Shown: positions 62,147-64,000 of the stretch, piece by piece
Layout: each line of letters opens with the position of its first letter
Numbering within the stretch: the stretch's first letter is position 1
Assembly (NCBI GenBank): GCA_963804995.1
Contig: CAWDSK010000003.1
Coordinates: 1,696,203-1,760,202, forward strand
Source: an uncultured Acidobacteriota bacterium
Lineage (GTDB): Bacteria > Acidobacteriota > Terriglobia > UBA7540
DNA length: 64,000 nt
Direction: 5' to 3'
Translations under genes and position numbers: made by a program
Notes under the pieces: generated by a model
What the model was told of the DNA's origin: nothing
Database searches by the model: none
What the model saw: only the letters and a program-made list of their open reading frames with translations

Positions 62147-63429
62147 CGGACTTATCGGGGCTTCCATCCAACTTGCGCGGCACACCGATCCTGGTGATCG
62201 GAGGAGGCATCGCCGGTCTGACCACCGCCATTGAGGCGGCCGAGGCTGGCTGCCAAGTGATCCTGGTGGAGAAAACTCCGCACTTGGGTGGAAGAGTAGC
62301 GCGGGCGCACCAATACTTCCCAAAACTTTGTCCTCCGTCCTGCGGATTGGAGATCAATTTTCGCCGCCTGCGGGAAAATCCGCAGGTTAGCGTATTGACG
62401 TTGGCGGAAGTGGAAGGGATCAGCGGATCGCCGGGAGACTACGAAGTCACTGTGCGTCTGACCCCGCGCTTTGTGACTGAGGCGTGCACACTTTGTGGGG
62501 CTTGTGCAGAAGCCTGTCCGGGGGAGAGACGCGACGATTTCAATTACGGCCTTTCTAAGACGAAGGCCGCTTATTTGCCGCACGCCACGGCTTACCCGGC
62601 GCGCTACGTCATTGACCGGGCTGCCTGCTCTGACGGTTGCCAATCCTGCAAGAAAGCCTGTTTCTATGGCGCCATTGACCTTGACCAAAGAGTGGAAAAG
62701 AAAACCTTCCGGGTCGCTGCCGTGGTGGCGGCTACTGGCTGGGCGCCCTACGACGCCACAAAACTCGAGAACCTGGGTTCCGGCAAATTCCCCAACGTGG
62801 TGACGAACGTCATCTTGGAGCGCATGGCAGCGGTGGATGGTCCCACCGGGGGACGCATTCTTCGCCCCTCAGACAGCAAGGCGCCCGAGACCGTGGCTTT
62901 CGTTCAGTGTGCAGGGTCTCGCGATGAGAACCATCTTCCCTACTGCTCTGCCGTGTGCTGTGCCGCCTCGATCAAACAGGTTACCTATATTCGCAATCTC
63001 TATCCTCAAGCGCTGGCCACGATTTTCTATATCGATGTCCGAGCCCTGGGCCGACTTGAGGAGTTCTACGCGACGGTCGCGGCGGATGAGAAGGTCCGTT
63101 TCGTGAAGGGGAAGGTTGCGAAAGTGGAAGAGGCACCGGAGACTCACGATCTGCTTGTGACGGCGGAAGACGTGCTCAAGGGGAAGAAGCAGACGCAACG
63201 GTTTGACCTGGTCGTCTTGGCTACTGGTATCGTTCCGCAGACGGATGGGCTGCCCGAAGAATTCAAGTTGGATGAATTCCGCTTTCTCAGTGCCGCAGAA
63301 GGCAACGCGGGGCTTTATGGCGCCGGCTGCGCACATCGGCCGGAAGAAGTCTCCGCCACCGTGCAGGATGCTACCGGAGCGGCGCTCAAAGCTCTCCAAT
63401 GTGTAGTTAGAAGTACGGCTCATGGATAA
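62143..63429 (+). CDS. qmoA: QmoA (HdrA-like flavoprotein)
   Basis: IGGGIAG, YFPKLCPPSCG, QCAGSRD, YCSAVCC; downstream of aprBA. Confidence 0.9.
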   Translation: MTDLSGLPSNLRGTPILVIGGGIAGLTTAIEAAEAGCQVILVEKTPHLGGRVARAHQYFPKLCPPSCGLEINFRRLRENPQVSVLTLAEVEGISGSPGDYEVTVRLTPRFVTEACTLCGACAEACPGERRDDFNYGLSKTKAAYLPHATAYPARYVIDRAACSDGCQSCKKACFYGAIDLDQRVEKKTFRVAAVVAATGWAPYDATKLENLGSGKFPNVVTNVILERMAAVDGPTGGRILRPSDSKAPETVAFVQCAGSRDENHLPYCSAVCCAASIKQVTYIRNLYPQALATIFYIDVRALGRLEEFYATVAADEKVRFVKGKVAKVEEAPETHDLLVTAEDVLKGKKQTQRFDLVVLATGIVPQTDGLPEEFKLDEFRFLSAAEGNAGLYGAGCAHRPEEVSATVQDATGAALKALQCVVRSTAHG

Positions 63430-64000
63430 GAAACTCGGAATTTACATTTGCGGAGGATGTGGAATTGGCGAGGTGGTGGATACCCCGCAAATCGCCAAAG
63501 CAGTGGGCAATACGGCGAGAGGGGCCGTGTGCCGTGTTCACCCGTATCTTTGTGGCAGCGAAGGGGTTAGCTTGATTCGGCAGGACTTGGCCGCCGGAGC
63601 CGTAACCCTCCCGGTAATCGCCGCTTGCTCCCCCCGCATGAAAACGGACATTTTTGCGCTGGGCGATGGCATTGTCCCGGAACGAGTTAACCTTCGCGAG
63701 CTGGTTGCCTGGTGTCACAAGCCCCACGACGAAGACACGCAGATGCTCGCCGAAGATTACCTGCGCATGGGGATCGTCAAGGCGCAGAAGACGGAGCCCC
63801 TGGAACCTTTGGCGGAGGTTATCTCCCGCACGCTCCTGGTGGTGGGCGGTGGCATCACGGGGATTACCGCGGCCCTCGAGGCGGCGGAGGCTGGATACGA
63901 GGTAGTGCTGGTGGAAAAGCAGGCTCGCCTCGGGGGTTTCGTCTCGACCCTCAAGAAACGTTTCCCCACCGCGCCTCCGTACACCGAGCTGATGAACGAC
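63422..64000 (+). CDS. qmoB: QmoB (HdrA-like), N-terminal part; runs off the right edge
   Basis: Manual translation MDKKLGIYICGGCGIG...IAACSPR...ERVNLRE...LVVGGGITG; overlaps the qmoA stop. Confidence 0.88.
   Translation, partial: MDKKLGIYICGGCGIGEVVDTPQIAKAVGNTARGAVCRVHPYLCGSEGVSLIRQDLAAGAVTLPVIAACSPRMKTDIFALGDGIVPERVNLRELVAWCHKPHDEDTQMLAEDYLRMGIVKAQKTEPLEPLAEVISRTLLVVGGGITGITAALEAAEAGYEVVLVEKQARLGGFVSTLKKRFPTAPPYTELMND

Overview
GC-rich bacterial window, most likely an Acidobacteriota (Terriglobia-like) genome. This is inferred from the ADOP-type permeases with PadR, the REP style and Tat-exported glycoside hydrolases. Left part (1-17.4 kb): carbohydrate/ester catabolism (carboxylesterase, an (alpha/alpha)6-like glycoside hydrolase, a GH106-like rhamnosidase, uronate isomerase), a padR plus tandem ADOP permease array with REP/REPIN elements, and tRNA-Ser(GCT). 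Middle (17.4-34.5 kb): an accessory and partly decayed zone with an integrase fragment fused to a truncated yeiH-like gene, an RND efflux system with DUF2892/OsmC, a frameshifted ECF sigma, an IS remnant, and a probable UxxC peroxiredoxin-like selenoprotein. Right part (34.5-64 kb): a dissimilatory sulfate-reduction region (cobA-fusion, dsrD-like, dsrN, sat, dsrMK, aprBA, qmoAB) interleaved with three TauE-family transporters and an uncharacterised kinase / PEP-utilising / CMK-like / cNMP module. The most striking unexplained signal is a 66-bp promoter module, 56/66 identical and ungapped, in front of both the dsrD-like-dsrN-sat-dsrMK and marR-aprBA-qmo units. The latter unit is headed by a MarR regulator with a C-terminal 4-Cys motif, making it a candidate redox-responsive switch for sulfate respiration. 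All product calls come from motif recognition only; no database searches were run.
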